Virus record (IMG/VR): IMGVR_UViG_3300025867_000005
Length of the DNA: 64,000 bases
Reading direction: 5' to 3' (one strand)
Origin: a virus
Taxonomy: Duplodnaviria; Caudoviricetes
Shown here: piece after piece, positions 47,082 through 56,750 of the stretch
How the letters are laid out: each line of letters opens with the position of its first letter
Position numbering within the stretch: the stretch's first letter is position 1
Made by a program: the position numbers and the translations under genes
Notes under the pieces: generated by a model
What the model was told of the DNA's origin: nothing
Databases searched by the model: none
The model's input: the letters and a program-made list of their open reading frames with translations, nothing else

Positions 47082-47120
47082 AGCCCGTTGGGAATAAAAC
47101 CCCAGCGGGTTTCTTTTTTT
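47082..47120 (+). terminator. Rho-independent terminator after MCP
   Basis: AGCCCGTTGGG...CCCAGCGGGTT plus U-tract. Confidence 0.85.
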
Positions 47121-47262
47121 ATCTTCTGGTATCGGTTTTGTTTTTGTCAAAACGAATTATTCATAGACATCTCTCTTTTATCCCTTCCTATGTTCGGTTG
47201 AATTCCGATATTTTTTGATGTCTGTCCCTATTATTGTAAAAACAAAGGAATCCGTCCGAAGT

Positions 47263-49152
47263 ATGAAAATCGATGTAGAAGAATTGCGTAGGCTTTACGT
47301 TTCAGAAGGTCTTACAGATGCGGAAATCGGTAAATGTTTCAGTGTTTCAGACGTATGTGTAAGCCAATACAGGAAGAAGGCGGGAATCCCCACCATAAGC
47401 CATAGGGACAAAATTTCCAAACATGCAATAGAAAGGGGATTGACGGATATCCAAGAAATTGATAGAACGGAATTTGAGAACTTGTACCTTAAACATGGGG
47501 AAAGAGAATTAGGGAAGATTTTCGGATGTAGTAAGCAATTGATAAAAACAAGGCTTATGGAATTAGGAATCAATCCTTTATCCAAGACCGACAGGATTCT
47601 TAAAACCTGCCCGCTTCAATTTACAGACTTGCAGAAAGACGTTCTTTACGGTTCTCTATTAGGTGACGGAAGCCTTACAACTGTTGGCAATTCAGCAAGG
47701 TTTAGGGAATGTCATTGCATGGCACAGAAAGCCTATCTGGAATACAAACACTCAATCCTTAACCCGTTTTCCAAACCGATAGGAACGGCTGACAAAGAAA
47801 TGCCTAGCGGATATGTAAGTAGGGGCTTCTATTTCAACACCTGTTTCCACCCTCTGTTTCTGGGTTTCTACGACCGGTTTTACAAAGACGGAGAAAAGAT
47901 ATTACCTCTTGACTTTGAGGTTGTTTTCAACCCGAGGATACTTTCAATTTGGTATATGGATGACGGACACCTAGAAGGATTCGAAGGACGTGGAAGGGTT
48001 CAGATAGCTTCCTGTTTTTGGAAAGCGGACATTGCAAGGATTCTCTTCGTTATGAATGAAATGGGATTAGAAGCCGATAGCAGTTTTTATCCCAATTCCA
48101 CGAAAGGGATTAACATCATACGGATCAAGAATGTCGATCTATTCTTCTCCATGACAAAACACCTTATCCATCAGGATTTCCAATACAAGATTCCTGAACG
48201 TTTAGGAGGGAAATGGAAAGAAAAGATTTCAGAAACAGATGTGGAATCATGGTTTTATTTTCTAAGAACTAACGGAATGTCATATCCCGTTCTTTCAACA
48301 GAAGCTTTTCAAAAAGATATGCGGGGATTACAGTCTTCACAAGTACGCAGGGAAGATAATCTATTGGATTGCCCCAGTGTTTCAGGATCTAAAACCTGCC
48401 TGTCGGTTTTCAAGAATATCTATGTCGCCAAGAGAAAAGGTAAGAAATCTGCGACAGATGTTTTTGAAGACGACAAACTCTTAAGGCACTGTCTTAGTGA
48501 CTGTATCAAGTTTTACGGAAGAATTACAGAAACGAATCTAAGACAAGAACTCCGTAGTTTCGGCGGTGTCAACAACTTCAAGCCGGTATTGGCTAAATAC
48601 ATCTACGATACCTATTGCCCGCCAAACGGAAAAGTTCTAGATCCTTGTAGCGGATGGGGAGGACGGCTTTGCGGATTTATGGCTTCAAAAGCCGGACACT
48701 ATACCGGTGTCGATGTCGAATCTGAAAGTATCAAAAATCTCAAACAATTGTTTAAGAAGATGAATCCCGTTTTCCCTGGCAAAGTATTCAGATGTCAAGA
48801 AACCAGTTTCACAGAATTCAAAGACAAAGGATATGATTTGGTTTTTACCAGCCCTCCATATTTTGACGCCGAATACTACGGGGAAAGTAGGAATCAGAGT
48901 CAGGTAAGGTTTCCTACATATGATTTATGGCTGACGGGTTTTCTGAAAGACATGATAGACAGGTCTTGGAATTCGCTCAATCCGGGTGGAAGAATCATTT
49001 TGAATGTACCGGCTAGATGTAAGTTCAATATCTACAAAGATGTGAAAGCTTTTATGCCTGTCGAAAAAGAACTTCGGATTAAGACAAACGGCAGATACGG
49101 AAGTCCATCAGGATTTGAATGGCTCCTGATCTCTTTTACTAAACCCTATTGA
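47263..49152 (+). CDS. HTH-LAGLIDADG endonuclease-DNA methyltransferase fusion
   Basis: Tandem HTH; LYGSLLGDG and WYMDDG; MTase motif I LDPCSGWGGR and motif IV TSPPY. Confidence 0.8.
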   Translation: MKIDVEELRRLYVSEGLTDAEIGKCFSVSDVCVSQYRKKAGIPTISHRDKISKHAIERGLTDIQEIDRTEFENLYLKHGERELGKIFGCSKQLIKTRLMELGINPLSKTDRILKTCPLQFTDLQKDVLYGSLLGDGSLTTVGNSARFRECHCMAQKAYLEYKHSILNPFSKPIGTADKEMPSGYVSRGFYFNTCFHPLFLGFYDRFYKDGEKILPLDFEVVFNPRILSIWYMDDGHLEGFEGRGRVQIASCFWKADIARILFVMNEMGLEADSSFYPNSTKGINIIRIKNVDLFFSMTKHLIHQDFQYKIPERLGGKWKEKISETDVESWFYFLRTNGMSYPVLSTEAFQKDMRGLQSSQVRREDNLLDCPSVSGSKTCLSVFKNIYVAKRKGKKSATDVFEDDKLLRHCLSDCIKFYGRITETNLRQELRSFGGVNNFKPVLAKYIYDTYCPPNGKVLDPCSGWGGRLCGFMASKAGHYTGVDVESESIKNLKQLFKKMNPVFPGKVFRCQETSFTEFKDKGYDLVFTSPPYFDAEYYGESRNQSQVRFPTYDLWLTGFLKDMIDRSWNSLNPGGRIILNVPARCKFNIYKDVKAFMPVEKELRIKTNGRYGSPSGFEWLLISFTKPY

Positions 49153-49177
49153 CAACTAGAGATGATTGTGCTATATT
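49149..49177 (+). promoter_or_regulatory. Sigma70-type promoter
   Basis: cctaTTGACA-N17-TATATT with extended TG. Confidence 0.7.
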
Positions 49178-49204
49178 GACGGCATCAAAAGAAAGGTTGC
49201 CATC

Positions 49205-49747
49205 ATGCAAGAACTTCAAGACACGATCAACGCTATGGTTTCAGCCACTATCATCAAAGCAAATCAGAAACTCCGGGACATCGGAATTTCCAAACAAATC
49301 CCTATCCAAGTCCCCGTCATTTATTCCAATAGGGAATCCCACACTTTTGCCACTGCCATTCAGGAAGTATCCGGAAAGATGAAAATCAAATTCAATCTTT
49401 GCAATGCGCAGTTGAATCCCCATCTTATTCCGGAAGTCGTCAGCCACGAAGTCAGTCATCTTGCATGTTTCCTCGTCGGACACAAAGGACACGATTATTT
49501 CTGGTCACGTTTTGATCGTAGCATCGGTGGGAAAGGAGAAACCTACATCAAGGGTGTTCGGCATGAGAACTGTTATAAATACAGTTGCGGATGTATGACG
49601 CATGAAATCTCCACCCGTAAGCATAATCTGATTCAGAAGCAGGGTGCCGTTTATCTCTGCAAACGTTGTCGCCGAAAACTCGAATTGGTTATGACTCCGG
49701 AAGAATTCAAGAATTTGAATCAATCAAAGGAAGCCATTCATGCTTAA
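49205..49747 (+). CDS. SprT-like zinc metalloprotease
   Basis: HEVSH, GHDYFW, YSCGC, H..I...Y.CKRC. Confidence 0.85.
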   Translation: MQELQDTINAMVSATIIKANQKLRDIGISKQIPIQVPVIYSNRESHTFATAIQEVSGKMKIKFNLCNAQLNPHLIPEVVSHEVSHLACFLVGHKGHDYFWSRFDRSIGGKGETYIKGVRHENCYKYSCGCMTHEISTRKHNLIQKQGAVYLCKRCRRKLELVMTPEEFKNLNQSKEAIHA

Positions 49748-50063
49748 TGGAATGAAACCCGCACAGGCGAGGAAAGCATGTTTTAACATCATGCATTCAG
49801 GCGCAAGGACTGGCCTGTATTCAGATCCCGGTTGGTTGGGTCCACACCAGGTTATGGATGCAATGTCTGCGGCTGGTTTAGACTTTAACCTTGTTGAAGC
49901 CAAATATTTCAACGAAGACAAAGCTAAAATTTGGCGGTTGAAAGTCAAGTATGTCAATAATAAGGGTGTGGAAAAGTTTTTGTATGCCGACATCACCGCA
50001 TTTTGTGCCGGTACTGTTAAAGATCCTTGGAGCCGATACGATATCACGACAACCGTTTATTGA
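49740..50063 (+). CDS. Hypothetical protein
   Basis: Coupled to the SprT gene; AGTVKDPWSRYDIT. Confidence 0.6.
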   Translation: MLNGMKPAQARKACFNIMHSGARTGLYSDPGWLGPHQVMDAMSAAGLDFNLVEAKYFNEDKAKIWRLKVKYVNNKGVEKFLYADITAFCAGTVKDPWSRYDITTTVY

Positions 50064-50156
50064 AAAACGGGATTCCTAATCCTATTAATGGTTTGACACT
50101 TGGTTGCAGGACGGTCTTGTAACTTCAATGTGTCAGGTCTTATTAGGAGAAAAGAA

Positions 50157-50663
50157 ATGAAGAAAATCATAGCGGGTATCGCAGGATTGCTGGCTGTTGC
50201 CACAATCGTCGGTTGTACATTAACACTGGCACAAGAGAAGGCTATCGCCAAACAGTTGGGAGTCGCATCGGCAGTGACTTGGATCGGTCTAGATAATCCG
50301 GATCAGGAAGACATTCAGGTCGCCAAGACGGTTTCAGGATTTATCGCAACGGCAAGTCAGGGGGTCGGAAGCAATTCGACTTATTACGCAGAAATCTATC
50401 CGTTGGCGGAAGCCTATATTGAGAAATCAATCGCAACCAACAAACAGCCCGTCGCCAAGTTGTCGGCAGCCTATCTTCTTACCGGCATCGACACGGCTCT
50501 TGCGATGAATCCGACATGGAAATCCAATCAGGATAAGGTTACGCAGATCGTTTCCAGCTATTGCGAAGGATTCTCCTCAGGTCTTAACATGAGTGGTATC
50601 GATCCTGTCTACAAGGCCGCTACACAGCAGATTCCTGTGCGTTGCGCGTATCGTGGACGATAA
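50157..50663 (+). CDS. Lipoprotein
   Basis: MKKIIAGIAGLLAVATIVG|C lipobox; SD AGGAG. Confidence 0.7.
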   Translation: MKKIIAGIAGLLAVATIVGCTLTLAQEKAIAKQLGVASAVTWIGLDNPDQEDIQVAKTVSGFIATASQGVGSNSTYYAEIYPLAEAYIEKSIATNKQPVAKLSAAYLLTGIDTALAMNPTWKSNQDKVTQIVSSYCEGFSSGLNMSGIDPVYKAATQQIPVRCAYRGR

Positions 50664-50687
50664 TCCCAATCTTAGATAGAACATAGA

Positions 50688-50723
50688 AGACCGCATGGGT
50701 ACAACCTGTGCGGTTCTTTTTTT
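50688..50723 (+). terminator. Rho-independent terminator
   Basis: ACCGCATGGGT-ACA-ACCTGTGCGGT plus U-tract. Confidence 0.75.
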
Positions 50724-50764
50724 AATAAACAGATGATATTTTAAAAGACACACTGGAGCTAAAA

Positions 50765-52495
50765 ATGTCGGAATCCATTTTTTTGAAAATATCTAAAATC
50801 GCCAAATTTCTTTCAGCCGATGGGAAATGGGTAAAGTTTAATTCAAAGTCTCAGAAGCAGGGTTGGAAAAGGAAGAAAGACGGCGGAGGATTTGAATACC
50901 GCTATCAAGACAACGATCCTAACAAAGAAAATAGTTCTGTTGAAAAAAAAGCAATTGAAGACTTAAAGAAAACTAGTGTATTCCGGGATATTGATAATTT
51001 CGGAGAAATTATTGATTCTAAACCAACAGGTAAAAAAGGTATATATCAAGTCACAATAAAACGGGGTTATAAAGAGAAATATGAAGTTGAAACTTCAGAT
51101 TCGGAACTTGGAGTCATGGGGATTAAGAACAAAATACTTGCCAATAGACTGTATAAAACAGCGAACGTTCTTCTCGGACCCGTCTTTCTTTCAGAATTCC
51201 AAGGGAAGCCAGCGATTTTCACAGAGAAGGAGGATACCAGCCTTGACACTCCTGAACTTAAAGAAAATGCTATCGAAACGTCATTCGGTGAAAACTTCCG
51301 TAAAGGATTTATTATTGACGTTTTGCTTGGTAACAATAACGTTCTTGGAAACAATTTCCAAAACGTAGAGATTGTTGGTGGTGTAGTCAGAAGGGATAAC
51401 AAACACACATTGCTATTCAGGGAAGGGGGTATTGACAGTCTTTCAGATCAAGCCGTAGAACTGTATGATTTCAGGGACAAAAACAAATACCCGCAGTTGG
51501 CAAAATTCTATTCAAAGATCAGAGATGATGAAATCATAAAGCAGATTTCAAAAACGGCGATAGCTCTGAATGATGATGTCTTAGCAGACATTGTTACAGA
51601 AATGTTCCCGTCTCCAGAAGAATCAGAGATAGCCAAAAAGTTAATAGATAAGCTAATCAAAAGAAAAAAATATTTGTTGGACTTTGCGAAAGTCAAGGCT
51701 GTTGAGATGATACAGGAAAAGGTTCTTAAGAGAAAGGAGAAATACATTGTCGGACCCGGTATTGTGGAAGAAAAGACGATGACGACAGCAGAAGCAAAGT
51801 CAATCCGCAACTATTCTGATACTGATTATATGCCTATAAACAAATATCTTCGTGGAGAATTAAATCATAATGAGATAAAGGAAACGCCATTTGAAACAGA
51901 AGTCGGAATCAAGGATGCTTGCAAGACGCTAGTTCAGGCTTTGCAGAAACTACCGGCACATGAAGGAATCGTTTATAGAGGTTCTGAAGTAGATGAAGCC
52001 AGCCTCATTTCCATTATGGGGATGAAGCCAGGTGATTCAATCTATATGAAGTCTTTCACCTCAACAAGTAAATCAGAATCTAACGCATTAGAATTCAGTA
52101 CTGATGTTTTGTTTGAAATCGAAAGTCGTACCGGTAGAGACATTTCACATATGAGTGAATATCCTACAGAAGAAGAAGTCATTATGTCACCTGATACTAG
52201 ATATGAAGTGAAGTCAATGGAGTTCGAACAAGAATATATCCGCCTGAAGCTCAAAGAACTTCTCCCAGAAGAAGGTAAAACAAGGTTGTCCGTCAACCTT
52301 AAGAAGAACAAAAAGATGGACCCGAATGAAGTCAGAAAGTTCCTTTTGAAGAATCCGAAGCTTACACGGAAACAACGTGAACGTATTATGCGGCTTAATC
52401 CGGATCAATTGATTAAAATCATTCTGGCAATATTCTCCAAGAAAGGCAACAAGGTAAAAGAAGAATCTAACAAGTTTACAGAAATCTTCATTTAG
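50765..52495 (+). CDS. Leader-family ADP-ribosyltransferase (VIP2/exoenzyme-like) with degenerate kinase-like domain
   Basis: INKYLRG, VYRG, SFTSTS, EEEVI (R-S-ExE); leader KISKIAKFLSA. Confidence 0.85.
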   Translation: MSESIFLKISKIAKFLSADGKWVKFNSKSQKQGWKRKKDGGGFEYRYQDNDPNKENSSVEKKAIEDLKKTSVFRDIDNFGEIIDSKPTGKKGIYQVTIKRGYKEKYEVETSDSELGVMGIKNKILANRLYKTANVLLGPVFLSEFQGKPAIFTEKEDTSLDTPELKENAIETSFGENFRKGFIIDVLLGNNNVLGNNFQNVEIVGGVVRRDNKHTLLFREGGIDSLSDQAVELYDFRDKNKYPQLAKFYSKIRDDEIIKQISKTAIALNDDVLADIVTEMFPSPEESEIAKKLIDKLIKRKKYLLDFAKVKAVEMIQEKVLKRKEKYIVGPGIVEEKTMTTAEAKSIRNYSDTDYMPINKYLRGELNHNEIKETPFETEVGIKDACKTLVQALQKLPAHEGIVYRGSEVDEASLISIMGMKPGDSIYMKSFTSTSKSESNALEFSTDVLFEIESRTGRDISHMSEYPTEEEVIMSPDTRYEVKSMEFEQEYIRLKLKELLPEEGKTRLSVNLKKNKKMDPNEVRKFLLKNPKLTRKQRERIMRLNPDQLIKIILAIFSKKGNKVKEESNKFTEIFI

Positions 52496-52501
52496 CCTTA
52501 C

Positions 52502-52536
52502 TTGACAAGACCTACTGTTTTGTGATAACCTATAAT
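52502..52536 (+). promoter_or_regulatory. Sigma70-type promoter
   Basis: TTGACA-N18-TAACCT with TG; TATAAT adjacent. Confidence 0.55.
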
Positions 52537-52559
52537 CCACATTAAGAAAGGAATAACTT

Positions 52560-52961
52560 ATGTGGATTTTTAGTAAGTTCGGGTTTTACAGCATCGTTCA
52601 TAAAGACGGCGGATATCAAGTTAGGGCGCGTGAGAAGAAAGACCTCTCAAACATTATCAGCGCTTGTGGTTTTTTTGACAAAGAGATTAAAGAATCGGTA
52701 TTGACTGATTATCAATATCGTATCTGTGTCAGCAAGGAAGAAGTCTTTATCATCATGGAAATCCTTGGAGACAGTATTGATTATTCTAATTTCAAAAGCA
52801 TGATCGATAGCCGTCCAGATCAAAGGAACAAACCCTATCATAAGATTTGGAATGTTTTGGCAACTGCTTTGGGATGTTACGGTGAATTTTTCGACAAGAT
52901 TCAATTTCAGATTCCGAGGAACAAGGGTCGTCGGGAATTCTTCTGGGGAGTCGGAACCTAA
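52560..52961 (+). CDS. Conserved phage-type hypothetical protein
   Basis: MWIFSKFGFYSIV...VRAR...DYQYR...IDYSNFK. Confidence 0.65.
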   Translation: MWIFSKFGFYSIVHKDGGYQVRAREKKDLSNIISACGFFDKEIKESVLTDYQYRICVSKEEVFIIMEILGDSIDYSNFKSMIDSRPDQRNKPYHKIWNVLATALGCYGEFFDKIQFQIPRNKGRREFFWGVGT

Positions 52962-53017
52962 AGTCATATCATTGTTTTTTTGATAAAGGCATCTTCCTTT
53001 TAAGAGAGGGTGTCTTT

Positions 53018-54766
53018 ATGTTTTTAACACAATGTCTTATCAAAATCGCCAAAATAATCATTTCAGATGAGAAATGGGTCAAGTTTGAATCCGATTCAGA
53101 AAAACAGGGATGGAAGAGAAAAAAACCTGAAGGAGGGTATGAATACCGATATCAAGAGAAAGACCCTAACTTAGAGACGACTAAAGAAAAAACGGAAGGA
53201 CTGCCCAAAGAAATAGCAGAACTTGAATCTTTAAGAGCGATTCCAAAGTATGTCGGGGATGAATGGTTTCACAATATTAAAAGCGTTGATAAATTAGGTG
53301 GCAGCACCGGCGCTGTGAAGGTTGTGACAGAAAATACCTTCGGAACCGTAAATGAAATGGTCGTGAAAACATATGAAAACAATGGCGGCATTAATCAGAT
53401 CAAGAACGAATATCTTGCCAACAGTCTTTATCGTCAGTTAAATGTCAGTGTTCCAGAGACATATGTCGGATATTACAAAGGCAAACCCGCTCTAATCACG
53501 AAGTTTTTGCATGGTAAAGAAGCGCAAATAGAAAACGATAGAGGCATTCTCAAAGGATTCGTTGCTGACGCCTGGCTTGCCAACTGGGATTCTATAGGGC
53601 TGTCTGGAGATAACGTGTTGTATTCCTTCGGCAACACGTATAGAATCGATAATGGCGGTGCGTTGCTGTTTCGGGCACAAGGAGAACCAAAGGGTAACGC
53701 TTTTGGGGATGAAGTAACAGAACTTGATAGCCTTAGAAGTCCTGAAATTAATGTGATGACAGCAAAAGCTTTTGATCAGATAAAAGATTCTGACATCATG
53801 AAACAAGCAATGGAACTTGAAATAAAGATGACAGATGAAAAAATCAGGTCAGTGGTAGAATCTGTCTATAATTCAGATCAAGAAGCGGACTTTGCTAAGA
53901 AACTTTCTGATAGACTGATCAATCGTAAAAAATACATTATTTCTTACGCTAAAAAGTTGGCGATTAAGCGGATTCAAGACAATGTCTTGAAAAGAGAAGC
54001 CCGTTATGTCGTCGGAGAACCGAGTGGAAAAAAGATAACTGTCACTGATAATAAAACAATAAGAGACTATACATCATTAGGTTTCATGGAAATAAACAAG
54101 TATTTGAGAGGAAAAATAGATGATCCTTCAGATGAACCCAAATTTCGTAAAAAAGCCTCTAATCTTGTTACAAGTTTGAAAAAACTACAACCTTATACCG
54201 GTAAGGTTTATCGCGGATCTCACTTGGATGACGCGACAAAACTCGTTATGGCGACAATGAAGCCAGGTGATTTGATTTACATGAAGGCGTTCACTTCTAC
54301 TAGTAAATCAGCATCAAAAGCGGAGCAATTCACTTCAGATGTAAATTTTGAAATCGAAAGTCTAACGGGAAGAGAAGTAGTTGCTTATAGTAAGTATCCT
54401 ACAGAAGAAGAAGTTATTATGTCGCCTGATACCAGATATGAAATCACAGATATTCAAATAACCCCAGATCCGTATTTGGGAAATGCGTTAATCAGAATCA
54501 AGATGAAGGAATTACTTCCTGCACAGAGAGAGACAAAGCTTCCTGTTAACATGAGGAAGAAAGAACCTTCCGCGAATGATTTAAAGGATTTTCTTTTGAA
54601 GAATCCAAAACTTACGCAGAAACAAAGAGAAAGGATTATGCGCCTTCCTCTTGAAGACTTGAAGAAACTTGTTCTTATGATGTTCGCACACGGGAAGAGA
54701 AACCGTGTCGTCAACGATGATGTTACAGAAGAACAAAGCGGAAAGTTCACAGAAGTTTTTATTTAA
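53018..54766 (+). CDS. Leader-family kinase-like (HipA/CtkA/PI3-4K-like) + ADP-ribosyltransferase fusion
   Basis: Kinase part: LGGSTGA, VVK, NEYLAN, DAWLANWD, N, RIDNG. ART part: VYRG, AFTSTS, EEEVI. Leader LIKIAKIIIS. Confidence 0.85.
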   Translation: MFLTQCLIKIAKIIISDEKWVKFESDSEKQGWKRKKPEGGYEYRYQEKDPNLETTKEKTEGLPKEIAELESLRAIPKYVGDEWFHNIKSVDKLGGSTGAVKVVTENTFGTVNEMVVKTYENNGGINQIKNEYLANSLYRQLNVSVPETYVGYYKGKPALITKFLHGKEAQIENDRGILKGFVADAWLANWDSIGLSGDNVLYSFGNTYRIDNGGALLFRAQGEPKGNAFGDEVTELDSLRSPEINVMTAKAFDQIKDSDIMKQAMELEIKMTDEKIRSVVESVYNSDQEADFAKKLSDRLINRKKYIISYAKKLAIKRIQDNVLKREARYVVGEPSGKKITVTDNKTIRDYTSLGFMEINKYLRGKIDDPSDEPKFRKKASNLVTSLKKLQPYTGKVYRGSHLDDATKLVMATMKPGDLIYMKAFTSTSKSASKAEQFTSDVNFEIESLTGREVVAYSKYPTEEEVIMSPDTRYEITDIQITPDPYLGNALIRIKMKELLPAQRETKLPVNMRKKEPSANDLKDFLLKNPKLTQKQRERIMRLPLEDLKKLVLMMFAHGKRNRVVNDDVTEEQSGKFTEVFI

Positions 54767-54808
54767 ACTTCCATAAGCTAGGATACCTAATACAATGGGG
54801 GATTTCAT

Positions 54809-56737
54809 ATGGATACCAAAATGAAAGAAGCAATCACTTCACTTATTAAAAACCGCAGGTTTCAAAACTGGTGCTTGATTATATTGGCATCTGTTGTCGC
54901 GTATATCACGGGCAAACGGATTCTCAAATATTACGGTGTTCGTCCTAGCAAAAAGGATAAAAGAGATTTTGGAATTTCTATGGCCGAAAATCCAGCCAGA
55001 TTCCAGAATTCTTTCTGCCTTCCATTGCCGGTATTAAAGAATCAGCAAACGGTTTCAAGTTGTCATGACGATCAAACTGAGGTTATGACGAGATATGGAT
55101 GGAAATTCTTTAAAGAAATATCTTCTAGTGATTTATTAGCAAGTGTAAATCCAGAAGACGGAAACCTAATTTTTGAAAATCCTATCAATATATTGCGTCA
55201 AAGGTATATTGGTAAAATGATATATGGTACACATAGAAGTATTGATTTTATGGTTACACCGAACCATAAAATGATTGTAAAGAAATGGGAAGAAAGTAAA
55301 AGGGTTCTTTCTGAAAAATATTCGGTAGTAGATGCATCCGATCTTGGATTTTGTGTAGGACTTAGAACGGATTTCTATCAAAACAAAAAAAAGCAAGAAG
55401 TTATTATTTTACCAGAAGAAAAGGTGTCTAACGGGAATATCCTTCCGAGGATGGAAATAAAACTTTCTGATTGGGTTAAATTTTTAGGGATATATTTAGC
55501 AGAAGGTACGATGCTTGATCCTTCTCGCCATTATCCCATTCAGATAGCGGCCTTTAAAAACCGAGAGCGTTCATTTGTGGAAAATTTGTTTAACAGGATG
55601 GGAATTCACGGAGTGTCTTCTAAAGATCGTTATGTTGTTTCAAATAAAAGAATATGGTCTTTGTTGTCTGGATATGGTCTTTATAAGGTAAAATCATATG
55701 ATAAGTTTGTCCCTGATTTTATTTTCGATCTTGATTCTGAATTGATTAAAGATTTTCTTTATGGTTTCGCGATGGGAGATGGGTATTTCACCAAAGAAGG
55801 AGAAGTCCGTTATTATACATCTTCGAAGCTTCTGGCAGAACAATTAAGAATGTTGATGGTTATGAGTGGAAGTTCCACCACAATGTATACGAGGGATGTT
55901 CGTGGTAAAAAATGTTTTCTTAAAGACGGAAGGACTATCATTTCTAAACATATTGGATATGTTATAAACCAATGGAAAACGAATAGTTTAGGGCTAAACA
56001 GAAAAAAAAATATAAAAGAAGTTGACTATGATGGATATGTATATTGTGCTGAAGTACCAACATATCATACTCTTATTACAAGAAGAAATGGGAAAGTCCT
56101 ACTTTCCGGCAACTGCTGCGCACACAGCATGTCTTATATCGCGGAATCCATATTGCCGAAATCAGGAGATTATAACCTCGATAGGGTAAGCGTAGGCTGG
56201 ATATACGGCTACCGCCCAGCAGGTTATTATCAGGGAGAAGGAATGTATCCTCGGCAGGCTCTTAATACGATTCAGAAAAAAGGCGTCATCAGGCATAGGG
56301 ATTTCCCCTATAACGAAGAAGTCCCGGCCGTCATTAACCGAGTCAACGGAAGTCTGGATGATTTACTGAAGAAGGCGGAACCCAATAAGATACCGGTATT
56401 CTTCCAGTTGAAGACCGATGATGAAATCAAACAGTGCCTTACAAAATACGGACCTGTTTCTATTATGTATCCAGTTTACGATTCTTTCAATACTCCTGTT
56501 GAAGGGAAAATTGAAACAGCAAGAGGTAAGTTTTACGGATATCATCAAGTTACGCTTTACGGATGGACAGGGGATTGTTGGCTGATGGTAAACAATTGGG
56601 GCAACTGGGATGAAGACGGAATCGCATATATCCATAAATCTTATCCTTGGCAAGAAGCATGGGGACTTTCGGTTGATCCTTCAGCAGCGATAGAACCTCA
56701 AAAAAAAACTTCTTTTCTAAAATCGTTATTTGGATAA
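54809..56737 (+). CDS. Membrane-anchored papain-like (C1) cysteine peptidase, intein-containing
   Basis: NQQTVSS|intein|CCAHS, YHQV (His), NNWG (Asn), GIAYI. Confidence 0.85.
   Translation: MDTKMKEAITSLIKNRRFQNWCLIILASVVAYITGKRILKYYGVRPSKKDKRDFGISMAENPARFQNSFCLPLPVLKNQQTVSSCHDDQTEVMTRYGWKFFKEISSSDLLASVNPEDGNLIFENPINILRQRYIGKMIYGTHRSIDFMVTPNHKMIVKKWEESKRVLSEKYSVVDASDLGFCVGLRTDFYQNKKKQEVIILPEEKVSNGNILPRMEIKLSDWVKFLGIYLAEGTMLDPSRHYPIQIAAFKNRERSFVENLFNRMGIHGVSSKDRYVVSNKRIWSLLSGYGLYKVKSYDKFVPDFIFDLDSELIKDFLYGFAMGDGYFTKEGEVRYYTSSKLLAEQLRMLMVMSGSSTTMYTRDVRGKKCFLKDGRTIISKHIGYVINQWKTNSLGLNRKKNIKEVDYDGYVYCAEVPTYHTLITRRNGKVLLSGNCCAHSMSYIAESILPKSGDYNLDRVSVGWIYGYRPAGYYQGEGMYPRQALNTIQKKGVIRHRDFPYNEEVPAVINRVNGSLDDLLKKAEPNKIPVFFQLKTDDEIKQCLTKYGPVSIMYPVYDSFNTPVEGKIETARGKFYGYHQVTLYGWTGDCWLMVNNWGNWDEDGIAYIHKSYPWQEAWGLSVDPSAAIEPQKKTSFLKSLFG
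55061..56113 (+). mobile_element. Intein with LAGLIDADG homing endonuclease (351 aa)
   Basis: Block A CHDDQTEVMT..GWK, block B VTPNH, FLGIYLAEG and FLYGFAMGDG, block F VYCAEVP, block G RRNGKVLLSGN|C. Confidence 0.9.
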
Positions 56738-56750
56738 GGAACAGGTTTTA

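Noticed and set aside
47263-48240. Intein in the methyltransferase gene
   Set aside because: The LAGLIDADG domain lacks flanking Hint blocks (no N-terminal C/S block A, no TxxH block B, no terminal N-C/S/T).
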